From contig OZ237737.1 in the NCBI GenBank assembly GCA_965178125.1, positions 1,364,001-1,428,000 on the forward strand: DNA of 64,000 bases, written 5' to 3'. Every line of letters begins with the position of its first letter. Within the stretch, counting starts at the first letter, position 1. A program made the translations under genes and the position numbers. The notes under the pieces were generated by a model. It saw only the letters and a program-made list of their open reading frames with translations. It ran no database searches and was not told the origin of the DNA. This stretch comes from Bilabrum cf. latius. Lineage: Eukaryota. Shown here in pieces: positions 23,401 through 35,700 of the stretch.

Positions 23401-26400
23401 AAGCTGGCACCAGAGGTGGCAGGGCAGGCCGACGGGCGAGCATTCAGGTAGACTCTGACCTTTCCTCGTTGCGAGCACGCAATCGGCAGCGTCCACTGTC
23501 TTCCACCAGGCGGGGCAGTCATGCGAGAAGGGGCAGCCATGCGCCTAAGCAAGCTCAAAGCGGAGGACTGCCGGCTCTGCACCCGCACAAGAAGAAGGTA
23601 CGAGCCAGAAGGCACAGCGTGCAGGTGCCTGGGGGAGCCCTGGCTACCTCAGGCGCGGGCCTGGACGCGAGCGGCGAGATGCCAATGCCCACCCCCAAGA
23701 AGCGCCGCAAGTCTGAGTGGTCAACTTCGTTCTTACAGATGCCTGCCGCTGCTCTGGCTGCCGTCAGAGCATTGGACTCTGCCGCAAATCCCAAAAAGGC
23801 ATAGGCAAATCTATCCGGATCGCACAAGCGCCGAGCACCAAGGCTGTCTTTGAACCCGCAGGCAATGCGAGGCAACTCGAACACCATCATTCGGCCTAAT
23901 TAGGGCTTGGGAGGCCCCAAGCACCCACGAGTCCCAATGACGACTCGTGGCATGAGGAGCGGAGGTGCAGGCGTCGGTCGACTGGGTGCTATCTAGGAAG
24001 CAGCTGCGGCGAATGGCTCGCACGGAGCCAAGCTTGGGTTTGCAAAGAAGGCCTCTTTCTGGAGACAACACGCATCCGATGACGAGGCAGATGAGATCGC
24101 AGAAGCCGCCGCTGCTGCTCACAAGAAAGCAGGTGCAGGCACATTGCGCGCTTGGGCCGGGAACAAGGGCAAGCGACATGGCGTGCAAGCGCTTCCAAAT
24201 GCCAAACCCCTAGCCGGTGATACCGATATTGCAAAAGTAAGGCCTACGTCCGGCTAGATTCGTCCAGTACAAGCCAGAAGGTGGTCGGCAGAGGCTCCTG
24301 TCTCCAGCCGAGTGGAATAGAAGCGATTCGATTTCAGTAGCAAGAATCGTAGTGCTTTTGGTACGGGGTTCGAGCATGCGCCAATAGGCCGCCATCAACC
24401 CGGCAGAAGCACCAGTACTGCTTCGCCACAGTCTAGGCGAGCCGGTACCCGCGGTGGCGAGGATTCCGTGACATCAATGTTTCGCGAGGCCAGCGAAGTC
24501 GCACCCGATGGAGTGCAGGTGCGGTCGGTGCTAGGCTCAAAGCCCACTACGGCTACTCCTAAGCCCAAGCCAAAGCCCAAGGGACCCATGCCTCCGCCCC
24601 CGCCGCGCCGAAAACCCCGGCGGCCGAAACCCAGGAGACACAGTGTGGCGGTTGACACGCACTCAGCTTGGAGGAGGCAGCATGGGGTGGCACAGGATAT
24701 CGCGAAGCTTGCCACAGCAAGGGCCCAGCAGGACCACGGCAGGGAGTCAGGGGATGAGCGCCCGCTGCTTCTAACCCCAGCCGAGGCCGAGCAGCTCCTG
24801 CCAAGGTTACCATCCCTGGTGCCACGCACGCGGCTTGCGGTGGCAACGCCAAGGAATCAGCAGCTCGAAGCCGAGAAAGGTCTGCTGCGGGGGAACTCGC
24901 TCATCGACTACGAAGGCCTGCAGGACGAGCTGCCGCAGTATGATCCGGGAACTGCGCGTGAAGTTGACGCTGCGATCAGCGCCGGTATGTTCAAGCCAAG
25001 AGACGGTGCTTACATTCCTGGGCACGGCCGCCGGCACTCACTCGCGATTTCGAACGGTATCGCGGACCGGTTGAAGCCCGGCACAGCAAATGCTGACGTG
25101 GATGATGCCGTTTTGAAGGCAAGCGAAGCGGCGAATAAGGCGCTGGCTGGTATTCTCGGCGGTGCGAGCGGGAAAGATGATGAGGATCCGCCTGCGTCCA
25201 GAAGGCTGGAGTCGCCGGCGAAACCAAAACCAATGGCCAAGAAAGCCCAATCAAAGGGCAAGCTGAAGTGGGGTGTGCTACGTAAAGCCGTGATGGGTGA
25301 GCACCATGATGCTGAGGGCAATAACAAGGAAGTCAAGGGCAAGAAGGCAGAGGCCAAGCATGGGAGAGCTGCTGCCCCGGTCATCCGCGCAAATGGTGCC
25401 ACCGGTGAGATGCCCTCGGAAGCCTAGCTAGCCACCTATAGTAAAGGTAGCCTATAGGGCGATGATATGGATGGCGTGCATGAAGTATCGAGAGTGGACG
25501 ATCTACTTGGCAACGCGCACGGTGCCCTGGCCTCTGCACAAGGAGGGGCACAGACGGTTCCGGCAGGACTCCAGCCCCTTATTCGAAGCAACGATGCAGC
25601 TGGGGCTGAGCGCAAGCGCTCGATGAAGCGTACAAGGTCTAAGGTGAAACCCAAACAACCGCGAGCTCCTCGCCGAGTTGCTTCGATCCACGGACTGGAG
25701 CAGAACCAGGAGTTGATGCGCAAGGCCAGCTCCATCTGGCTCCCTGCCAAGAGCAAGGTCACGCCCAGCGCATCACCCGCCAAACCCAGTCGCGGCACTA
25801 GAAGTAGGCTATCGCGGCCCTCGCGCGGCTCGAAGTCGAGCAGCAGCAATGGCGTCGACGGAGAGTAGCACGGAGCTGCTAGCTTCCGAGCAAGACGAAG
25901 TGTCGGCAAGGGTGCCGCGGAGGTGCAGGGCCCCACGGCTACAGCCAGGCAGAGTTCAGAAGGGATCGGCGATGAGGGGATGCCCATTTACAACTATGAC
26001 GCGGCTGCAGTTGCCTTGGTCTCGCATGTGTCGGATGGAAGTTTCGGGGCAGGCACCGACGATGCCCACGGAGAGGCTGCGGCACCCCAGCAGCACGATG
26101 TGGAAAGTCAGTCGTTCGACTCTGGAGAGGTATCTGCTGAGACCGGTGCTTGCAAAACGTGCTGCCTGTCCATTTCTGTGTTCTTTGGGTGCATCCCACC
26201 GGACCGCAGCGTTGCGGTCGCCACGGTAGATGGCCTCAACCCGACCCAGGCATTGGTCACCGTGAACTCTCAGGACGAGGACCAGGACGAAGGCGACTCA
26301 GAGGCTCCCGGCGAGAAAGAGTCGGTTGCAGACTTCTTTGCGAGGAAGAGAAAGCAGAGGGAAGAATCAAAGGCTACCGCAGCACCTTCGATGGGGTCGG

Positions 26401-27896
26401 CGGAGGGCGCAGCGGACGAAGCGATCGCGACGCCGATCGGCAAAGGCAAGGCCCTCAGGATGATCATGCCGGCTCGCGCATCCGCTACAATGCTAGGAGT
26501 TGGAATTGCAATTATCGTGCTGGCTGCATGCGTGCTGGGCCTGTCATTCGCGTTCACCGAAGGGAACGTGGCCCCTGTCCCTGTCATGGCGGTGTCGCTG
26601 TACGTGGCCTGCATCGGCATCTTGGGCATCTATGCTGCGCTCAACACGGCTTAGATCGCGTCATGCAGCGCGATCTTGCTGCTCTTTGCCAGCATTGCGG
26701 CACTGATGGCCATCATCGTGTTCGCGTCGCATCAATGGCTGCTGCACGAGACGCTGGAGGGCTTCGTGGACGCAAATCTGGACACCATTGTGGAGGTGCT
26801 GCCTGCCAGCGTGTACGACGGGGCCGCTGCAGCAGATACATCAGGTATGTCGTCGGGCTCTAGCGTCCCGTGGTGGACGCAGCGCGCGAGCCCTGATGCC
26901 GAGACCCTGGCCGAGGGCCAGAGACTGCCAGCCGACAGCTCGGGGTGGGCCGCGGCTGCTCTGTTCCGGTACCTCGGGAGTCCTAGCTCGGAGCGAGCCG
27001 AAGTGCAAGCAGATGTGCTGGAGTCATTAGATCGGTTCTGGTGGGCCTATTTGGCCTGCGGCGTGGTGCTGTTTCTCATGCTGATTGCGAGCGCGTCTGC
27101 GAGTGTGATGCTCGTGCAGTCGCACACGGTTTCGGGGGTCCTCTTCGTTGCAATCGGTGGCTTCATGCAGATGGCTGGTGCCATTGCGCAAGTCATTGTA
27201 GCGGTGCTGCTTGCAATTGACCCTGTGCCTGTGCTGGAGGATTACGGGTTGATCGCAGGACTCTGCGCTGCCGCCCTGTTCGCCGTGGTGGCGACCAGCG
27301 GGGTGTGGGGGGCCCTCTCGAGCAAGACCAGATACACTGTGCTCACGTCGCTATCACTTCAGATACTGGCATGCCTTGCGCACGGAGGGGGGCTGTACCT
27401 GCTGCTCGTGTTCCTGTGGGGGGCCGAAGAGTCCGCGGATGAAGCGAGGCTGACGGACTTGCTGGAGTGGGCCCCTTAGCTCGGGATCGATACCAGGTCC
27501 ACTGCATATGTGGCGGCTGCTGATGCGGCCGACCTCTTTGCGACGGATTCGTCTTCTGCACAGAAGGCCACGCTGCCTCTGAGGAGCCTGGTGGCTTCGA
27601 ATGTGAGGCAGGGCGCGAGCGGCTTGCTATGGATGCAGCTCATAGTGCTGGCAGTTGCGGTTGCAACCGCTGTGGCGGCTCGTCTGTTCCTACGATCGAT
27701 GGACACGGTGGCGCTGCTGCTCACCCCCGAGGGCATCCTGCACGCCCGTGATCTCGCGAAGAAGGCTGACGTGGTGGAGATGCTCTTTGCTCGCACGAAG
27801 GCGAGGCGTGCGCAGGCAGCCGCTGCCATCAGCTCGAGGATAAAGAAGAGAAAGAAGAAGAAGAAGAGGCGCAGGCGGCGAGACAGGGACGATTGA
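17409..27896 (+). CDS. Giant leishmanolysin/GP63-like (peptidase M8) membrane protein with a C-terminal multi-pass, tetraspanin-like region; ~3,495 aa; ~27 internal TAGs
   Basis: All successive track ORFs from 17592 to 27510 share one frame, and the gaps I read contain only TAG. It has a signal-like start MFRTVLVYAAVICLL(TAG)VVC, HELIH at 20385-20399, IHWESR...PEVMS (third ligand and Met-turn), a Cys-rich region, a TM at ~22845-22925 and about 8 TMs at ~26490-27690. It ends in TGA. The start codon is tentative. Confidence 0.75.
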
Positions 27897-28056
27897 CGTA
27901 GTTCTACTTTGTATGGAGTGAGAGCGGGCGCATGTCTCATGGTGCGTTCGTGCCAGTGGTGCACGTGTGCGGTGTTCCGGTATTGCAGAATAGAAAAGAT
28001 GAAGATACGGTGTTGATGAACTGATTCCGCACCCGTTCACTCTTTTATAGCCGCTA

Positions 28057-29976
28057 ATGAGCGCATGCTACGACTTTGAGAGCATTGTGCGTACTATTTA
28101 GTATGGCATTTTTGGCTTCATAGCTGTTTGGGTTTTGTACAGGTACTTATTCGCTGGGGTACGACAGATTTTGCTGCTCTCGAGGACAAACTCTGCTCCC
28201 GCACAACGAATTCTAGCCAGGATGCCTTCGCTGGAGTCTTTTCGTCCTACCCCGTGGCTTTTTGGATGCACTGGTCACTTGTAGTCAATGCTGATGAATC
28301 AGGTTGTCCCAAGCCCCGGCAATCGTCTGTTCCATGACCGTGTCAACACCCGAGATGGGGGAATTATCGCCCTGGAGTATCTACATCCGTTGGAACGAGG
28401 CAAGCCAACAATTGTGGTTGTGCACGGAATATGCTCGAGTGTTGACACGAACTACATGAGACACACCCTTCTCGAAGCGCATGAAAAGGGCTTCAACGGC
28501 GTCGGTGTCCTTTGCCGAGGCTGCGGTTAGCTGCCGCTGAAGACCTCAACGCCTTGGAATGCGTCGCAGCACACTGATATTTCAGATGCTTTGTTTGAGA
28601 TACACAACCGGATCAGAGGGGAGCCATCCTCTCACGAAATGGACCCGTGCAACGACGCCTCCTCGGCAGGTTCCACCGCACCGCAACCGGCAGGGTCAAT
28701 CCCACCAATCGTCTTGGCTGGCTGGTCCATTGGAGCAACAATGAGTGGCCTGTGGGCCTGCGAGAACGGCCGCGATGCCCGAAAGGTGTACGGGGTCGTC
28801 GGCGTGTCGCTGCTGTGCGCCAGTTTTGACTTCTTCGCCAGCCTGGAGAACTTCGAGCTGGATTTTTGCGTGAGGCAGATGTACCACAGCCATATCGTAG
28901 GGCTCCTCAAGGACTACTACACCCGGCATGCGGACCAGCTCAACGAGAGCCTGCACGCAAGCTACTGCAGGGAGGGCCTGAAGCCCCACGAGGACTGGGC
29001 AACCGCACCCAGCCCCCAGTGGGGCTCCAAGGACGTCTTCGCGACAGCCGCGACAGAAGCAGTGAAATAGGTCGCAAGAGAGGTGACGTAGACAAACGAG
29101 AAGAACGCGCCACCGAGCCCTGGGCACGCATCCAAAGGCTTGGACTAGGAAGGGGTCCCGCAGGAGTCGAGGTCGCCGGCTGCCGAGGCACCCTCAAAGC
29201 ACCCCGCTTTCCGCCGAATCTTGAGCTCGGGCAACATTCGGGAGCTGGACGCGAGCTTTACCATCCCGCTCATGGAGAGCCACAAGGACCCGTTCGAGTA
29301 CTACGCGGCTACATCGCTCCAGCACAAGCTGGCGGCAGAGGTACGCGTGCCCACGCTGGTGCTGCACGCTGAGGACGACCCGGTGTGCGTAGCCCGCGGC
29401 ATCCCCATGTCCGCTCCGTTCCTGAACGATAGAATCATCATCGCTCGGACGCTGGAGGGCGGACACATTGCCTGGCGAGAAGGCTGCTGCCCGTGGGGCC
29501 GTGGCTGGGGCGAACGCACCATGGTGGAATTCGCACGGGCCGCTGTCGATGGGGCGGTCGAGGGCTGGGACGAATGGACCGATGACGATGACGATGACGA
29601 TGCCAATGCGGAAGGCGGACCGGAAGAAGGAGGCAAGGAAATCAGTCACGCATCGGGCAAGGACGCCAAAGGTGGCCGTGGCCGCAGGCCCAAAAGGAGC
29701 AGTGGCGCCTCGGGTCTCCTGGCTCTGGACTCTACCGAGAGCCAGGGCGATGAGCTGGGTGGCTTGTATATGCTAGAAGGTGATTCAACAAGCCCAGCAG
29801 CGACCGAGGCGCTGGAGTCTGCGCGGTCGTCTGCTTCGCCAGCCAAGGAAATCGCTGGCGCAGGGGGGTTGCCATCGCTGGACCTGGATGCGGGCGGCAC
29901 TCTTTCGGGCGCGGGCGGTCAGCAACGTGAAGGTCTGCTTCGTCGCAAGTCGCAGCAGCACGGTACACGCGAATGA
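28057..29976 (+). CDS. Alpha/beta hydrolase of the ABHD1/ABHD3/YheT family, ~639 aa; 6 internal TAGs
   Basis: N-terminal TM, PTPWLFGCTGHL(TAG)S, DGGIIALEY, VVVHGI, CRGCG, and the triad GWSIG / DDP / GGH. TAGs at 28099, 28282, 28528, 29068, 29089 and 29146. It ends in TGA. Confidence 0.85.
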
Positions 29977-30110
29977 ACTCTTAAACCGCGCTCGCAAACA
30001 AACACAGAGAAGCCAATGTAAGGACGCATCACGAAGCACGCACAGAGCACTTAACCCCGCGATCCATGGGCACAAGCCACAAACCCCATGCCCGGGCCTT
30101 ACCAACCCGT

Positions 30111-32414
30111 TCAGATCAGAATATCGGCGTGGGTGATCAGCGTCCACGGACTGGCGGCGCATGCTGCGAAAAGCCCACCCATTGCAGCGCCCGCCACCCC
30201 GACGCTGCACACGTCCTGGCCGGTAAGAAAGAGACCCGGGACTCCCGTGTCAGGGTGCAGGGACTCCCGGCAGGCGGTGAAGCGGGCCACGTCGTGATCG
30301 AGGCCGTAGGACGCTCCGTGGGGCGCATGGAGGTAGTGCACGTTGCTGGCCGGCGACGCCATGCTGACGTATTCCACCTTGTCCCTGAGGTCGGGCCTGA
30401 CTGCAAATATCGCCGACATGAGGTGCTCCTTGAGCATGCCCTTCTTGGCCTCGTACTCCTCTCCCCTCTTCTTCACGCGCTCGTCCTGCCAGTCCACAAA
30501 GGCGCTCCAAGGGGCCTCCGCCACCACGATTGCCGTGGAGAGGGGGACCAGATCGGGCTTGCTTGAGGCAGACAACCCCCCATTAGCGGCCTGGGCCCCA
30601 CCCGCCGCTTGCTCGCCCCCCTTGCTCTCCGACACACCTGCACCTTTGCCCTGGTCCTTGCCCTGGCCCGTGTACTTGGCCATGTCCCTGGCCTTCCTCT
30701 CCATCTCGCCCTTCATGCGATGGAAGTAGGTCGGGTCCTTGGCGGAGGGGAAGGACACGAAGCACCCCAGCGGGGGCTGCTGCAGCCCTGCATTCTTGGG
30801 GTCGTGGAAGGAGCGCGCGGGGAGATCGAGCGGGGTGAGGCCTTCCTGGCCCTCTTTCGGGGCCTTGTCCCAGCCCGCTGGCAGCCCGTTGAACACCCAG
30901 CTGTTGGCTGTCGGCAGCTTGAGCTCCGCCTGCGTGCCTTTGAAGCCAACGAAGAGATACACGTGCCCCGTGCTCAGCTGGATCGCAGCCTTGGACGGGT
31001 TGTATGCTGGCCGCTGCATCTTTGTCTTGGATGGCGACTCGTAGGGAGGCGGGATGGCGTGCGCGCCTTGGAGCTGGTCAGCGGACCTGGCTGGCTCGGG
31101 CTGCTCCGCCTTGCTGCTCGCGGGCTTCACACCGAGCAGGTCGCCCGCATGCCTCCAGGTGGGGTACTGTTCCCTGAGCTTGGCCGTGTCCTCAGCGGTG
31201 ATGAGTCGAGCGTGAGTGGTCAGCGCGCCTGCCCCAGAGATGACCCCGTGCTTGGGGAACAGCCGAAACTTGCCGCTCTGCACGCCCACGCACCGCATGG
31301 GACTCCCTTCAAACAGGAGCTTGTCGACGGGAGACCGCACGAATACCATGCCACCCCCTGCCTCGATCGTGCCGATGGCACCCTCGGCGATGCGCTCCGA
31401 CCCTCCCACCGGGTATGTCGATCCGTGCCTGTAGTGCTGGATCACGGATGCGTGGATGAAGAAACTCCCGCGCTCGGGAGCCACCCCGTGGTCTCCTGCG
31501 ATGTATGTCATGGCCAGCTGCAGCCTCCGATCCTTCGTGATGGAGGAGACGACCTCTGCCACCGTCCTGCCGGCCACCTCGTCTGCGCCCTTCTGGCTGC
31601 CGCACAGCAGCGGCCCGAGGATCCCCGTGAGCCAGCGGGGCAGCAGGTGGCGGCCGAAGAGCGCCCTGCCGGACTTGGTCGCTTTCTTGAGCTCTGCAAT
31701 GAACAGGTCGATTTCCGCTGCCCTCTCCTCACCGGGAAAGTCTTTCTTCAGCGAGTCCGCGAGACTCTTGAAGCCTGCCTTCCCTCCAGTCATGCGCGCC
31801 ACCGGCTTCGCGGGCTCGGAGGCGGCGTGGGACCTGGAGCCCAGAGGAATGGCGTAGACGTTGTCGAACCGCTCGTGGTGCGTCCACTCCACCCGCTCGC
31901 TGGTCACTGCGTCGAACAGTCGGCGAGGGGTGGACGACTTCTGCCACAAGCGGCCGCCCAGGTAGTGCAGGCCCGTGTCGAACTCCGCCCCCGATTTTTT
32001 CCAGGTGTGAGTACAGCCACCCGGCTTTGTGTGCTGCTCCAAAACGACCACCTTGAAACCCGCCCTCGAGAGCAGGGCAGCACTGGTCAGGCCCCCAATG
32101 CCCGACCCGATCACGACGTAGTCCACGCTGCCCATGCTTTCAATCGCCGCCTGGCTGAGAGATCGGCGCAAGAATTTACGACGGCGATTTGCAGCATCCA
32201 CCATATCGTCGAGCGAACATTTGTCTGAATCTGCACTCCCGTCAAGATCGCGAAACTTTGCCTTGGCCGCCGAGAGAACCCGGGCAGCGTTCCCGACGCT
32301 TTGCTGCCGAAGAACCAGCACCGCCGTCACAGCCGCGAGGCACACCAGAATCACAGCAGCGATCATGCCAGGAAGGGTAAGCAGCGGGGCGATCTGCTGC
32401 ATCATGTCCGTCAT
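30111..32414 (-). CDS. All-trans-retinol 13,14-reductase (RetSat) / phytoene desaturase-like FAD oxidoreductase, ~767 aa
   Basis: N-terminal TM, Rossmann motif VIGSGIGGL, LEQHTKPGGCTH, EFDTGLHY, YPVGGSE, SFPSAKDP, GASYGL and GLFLTGQD. It has no internal TAG and ends in TGA. Confidence 0.88.
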   Translation of the reverse strand: MTDMMQQIAPLLTLPGMIAAVILVCLAAVTAVLVLRQQSVGNAARVLSAAKAKFRDLDGSADSDKCSLDDMVDAANRRRKFLRRSLSQAAIESMGSVDYVVIGSGIGGLTSAALLSRAGFKVVVLEQHTKPGGCTHTWKKSGAEFDTGLHYLGGRLWQKSSTPRRLFDAVTSERVEWTHHERFDNVYAIPLGSRSHAASEPAKPVARMTGGKAGFKSLADSLKKDFPGEERAAEIDLFIAELKKATKSGRALFGRHLLPRWLTGILGPLLCGSQKGADEVAGRTVAEVVSSITKDRRLQLAMTYIAGDHGVAPERGSFFIHASVIQHYRHGSTYPVGGSERIAEGAIGTIEAGGGMVFVRSPVDKLLFEGSPMRCVGVQSGKFRLFPKHGVISGAGALTTHARLITAEDTAKLREQYPTWRHAGDLLGVKPASSKAEQPEPARSADQLQGAHAIPPPYESPSKTKMQRPAYNPSKAAIQLSTGHVYLFVGFKGTQAELKLPTANSWVFNGLPAGWDKAPKEGQEGLTPLDLPARSFHDPKNAGLQQPPLGCFVSFPSAKDPTYFHRMKGEMERKARDMAKYTGQGKDQGKGAGVSESKGGEQAAGGAQAANGGLSASSKPDLVPLSTAIVVAEAPWSAFVDWQDERVKKRGEEYEAKKGMLKEHLMSAIFAVRPDLRDKVEYVSMASPASNVHYLHAPHGASYGLDHDVARFTACRESLHPDTGVPGLFLTGQDVCSVGVAGAAMGGLFAACAASPWTLITHADILI

Positions 32415-32778
32415 TGCGCAGCCTGCAATCCGAGATGAGTACGCAGCTGACTTGATCAAGTTCGGGCGCTTAAGATGACTTTGGCAATCAAATCCCGGTG
32501 AATAAGCAGTATAGCAAGATTAGCGTCTGAAAATTCGCGACAAACTATTCCTAGGAGCTTGTTATGAGAGAAAAAATGCAGAAGAAGGTGCTTCAATATC
32601 TTTGGTATAATTTAGTTTGTAAGGTGTTACTATATCAAACTGGTTGCGACCACCGTGAGCGACGTTTTCGAAGTTTATCCCGACAGAGCTGTAGAATCCG
32701 GGTATAACGTCAACATTTAGCTATCTTGAGCTCTTACTGAACTGAGTAAGACCTAATTCATCTTTTGATTGACCAATC
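32415..32778. promoter_or_regulatory. Putative bidirectional promoter region (RetSat-like / dynein)
   Basis: An AT-rich spacer between divergent genes; inferred from gene orientation. Confidence 0.4.
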
Positions 32779-35700
32779 ATGGACAGGCAAGCAAGAGGGA
32801 CCTCTGAGGCGACTTCAGGTGCAGGGAGTGCCGTTGTGCCGCAACTGCCATTGGATCGTCTGCAAGATGGTCTCAACGGAAGCGTGCCAGGGGCCAACCA
32901 GTCGAATGAAGTTGATGCTTTGATGCAGCAAGCAGATGAGGAGTCAGCCCGGGCGTCTTGGGCGTAGTAGACTGTGTCAGCACGTCAACCGACAGTGGGA
33001 TACCGGCCGATGCCAGGGGTTCGAACGAATGGAAGGGCGGCAGGTACAGGAGCTGCCAGCAATTCAATAAGTGTGCAACTTTCTGCCAGAAGGGCCCCAG
33101 CATCGAGTGCTCGCGTGCTTTCCACAAGATCCGAGCGACCTCCGGCACACCGAATGGCCAGCTCTGGCTTTAGAGACCGCGCGGTCTTGCCAGGCGACCC
33201 CGAAGTAATGCAGGCGGCTGGTGCAGCACGTGCGCGATCGAGACATGTTCCGCTGTCTGCCCGCGCCCCAGCCGCGGTGGTGAGCCGGCATGAGCTACTC
33301 CGTCGGGCTGCCTTCGAGGAGTCCAGGCAGCGGACCCGGGCCAGGACCGGCAAGGTGGCAGGCGGGTCATCTTCCGGCGGCGGGGCATTCGAGACTGATG
33401 ACGACGGCATGTCAAGCGCCCGGCTTGCTCGGGCGAAGCAGATGCTGGCAGCAGACACCACCTCCGATAGGGCCGTGGAGGCCGGATTTCGCGCTGCTGG
33501 CGTGACGGGAGCACACACCGGGCGTGGCACCGGGAGGCTTGGACGAGCTGCGGCGAACGGCATTGAGGATACAGGCAAGTCGACCGGCATGACTGCGTAT
33601 TCTGTTGCGGACTACCGCCGCGACGTCGCGTCGCAAGCTGCTGCCATACGAGAGCAGGAAGAAAGGCGCCGCGAGCACCAGCACGAGCAGAAGCAAGAGC
33701 AAGACGGAGAAGACCAAGGGGCGGGGGAAGGCAAGGAAGCTGACATGAACCAGAGCACAAGAGAAACGGGCCCTGGGTATAGCCTGCGAGAAGCCTCCGA
33801 GGATCGGTTGCCACCCGCGGCACGAGCGGCAGGTCCCGCCGAGCGAGCCAGGCTTGTGGTGAGGATGCGACTGCTGGATGCCGCGGCGCGCGGCGATGAA
33901 GAGGCGCTGCAGGCCGCTGCAGAGGACGCGGCGCGTGCCAGGATGGCGCGAGAGCAGGCAGCCGCAGAGGTCGAGAAGGCAGGCATGGGCGGGCGGGTGC
34001 GCGGCGTAGTGCGGCCGCTCGTACGACCGCGCATCCCCAAGAGCATCAAGCGAGAAGACGGTGGGACGACGCTGGTCCCGCGCTCGTTTCGTACGCTACT
34101 GGCTCGGCGAGCGGTAGTGGACGCGGTTGAGCGGGCCGAGCTTGCGCAGCATGAGGAGCAGTCGCATGACGGCGTCAGAAAGTTCAAAGAGCTGCACAAA
34201 CTCGGCGACGATACCGTGCGCCCCGATGGCACTCTAAGGACGTTGCCTGGCGGTCTCCTCCCGAGCGGTCGGCGCAAAGGCTCACGCAAGCCGATAGGTG
34301 TCCGTATCACGACAGCTGCCGGGGTGCGGGTCGAGCCCGGCGCATCGTAGCCTGTGGAGGGCAAGGACGATAGCGAGGGTAAGGCTGCCGCCGGCTTGAT
34401 CGGCAAGGAGACTGCCAAGAGAGATGATGCAGAGGCGTTTCCGCTCTCTGCCCGCGGTAGGCCAGGGGATGGGCAGGACGCTGGACACGAGGCATTCGAG
34501 CAGGAGGGATTGGCGGATGCTGCAGTACCGAAGGAGACCGTGATCGGTTCCATCACACCGCAGCTGGAGCCGCTGCTGCTGGCTGGGGTACCAGTAAGAC
34601 ACCTAGTGAGCGAAGCTGTAAAGAGCAGGGCCGGCGCCGATCCCGCCACAACGGCTCGCCGCTCAGCACCCATTCCGTCCTTGCTGACTGCAGTGACTGG
34701 AAAGAAGAAGAGCAGGAAGGCTGGCAGGAAGGCAGGGGCGGACCTCCCCGCCATCGCGAAGCCTTCCGAGCGCATTGGGGCGCGGTACTCGCTTGTGGCT
34801 CGCCACGTGGCAGTCAGCAAGATTAATCGGCTGTCGGCAGACTATGGGGGCGCCAGGCAGTTGGGTGCTGCCATCGCATGGCGAGCGAGGGTGTTGGCGG
34901 CGGCTGCATCGAGGTGGGCAGTCGACACGCACTAGCAGGCGAAGCATCGGCGCCAGCTTGCTTTCGGTAGCACTGGCAGCGGGGCTACTGCGTCGGGAGG
35001 GGCTGCAGTGCTCGGCGAGGACGAGCAGCTGTACCGCTTCCCGCTGCCCGAGGGCGCCACCATGATGCATTTGCTCAAGACGCTGGCTCTTGGCGCCATG
35101 AAGCACGTGGCAGACGGGGAGGGCATCGATGAGGAAATGCTATCGTCCGACGAGAGGCGCATGCTGGCGCCCCCGCGGTACCTGGCGCCTTTCAGCCCGG
35201 GTTAGGACCCAGTGTGGCAGCTGCCCAGTGACAGCCTGCCTTCTGCGGTGATTGTTCACGTGGCAGCCCGCATGCACGCAATGGTAGTCAGGGACGGTCT
35301 CCGGCTTGAGGAGGCTGCCGAGCGGCTGGCATCGGAGCTGGCTCCCAAGCGCGGCGGTGACACGGCGGCCGAGTTGCAACTTTTCGGTGGCATTCCAGTG
35401 TCGGCCGAAGCATAGGGAAAGAGTTTTGTGCAGGTCAACTCCGCTGAATTACCGCTGGAACAGTTCGACGACGCTTCCGAAGACCGCTACGCCCCGTGGG
35501 AGTGGGCTCAAGGCATTCCAGGCGCGCTGCTCACGTGCGTGGTGGACGCCAACGTTGACGACTTGTCCGACGGAGCCAAGGACGCTGTAAAAAGTGCAGT
35601 GAACGAGCTTGCCGAGTCGGAAAAAGTGAGGGATGCCATGGTGCAGCAAGTTCGTGGGAACGAAAGTCAGAGTCTGCGTGGTGGTGGCGACAGCTCATCA

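Noticed and set aside
32732-32779. Two small inverted repeats (TCTTACT..AGTAAGA; TGATTG..CAATCA with CCAAT) just before the dynein ATG
   Set aside because: Stems of 6-7 bp are expected by chance in AT-rich DNA, and I did not see them upstream of other genes.
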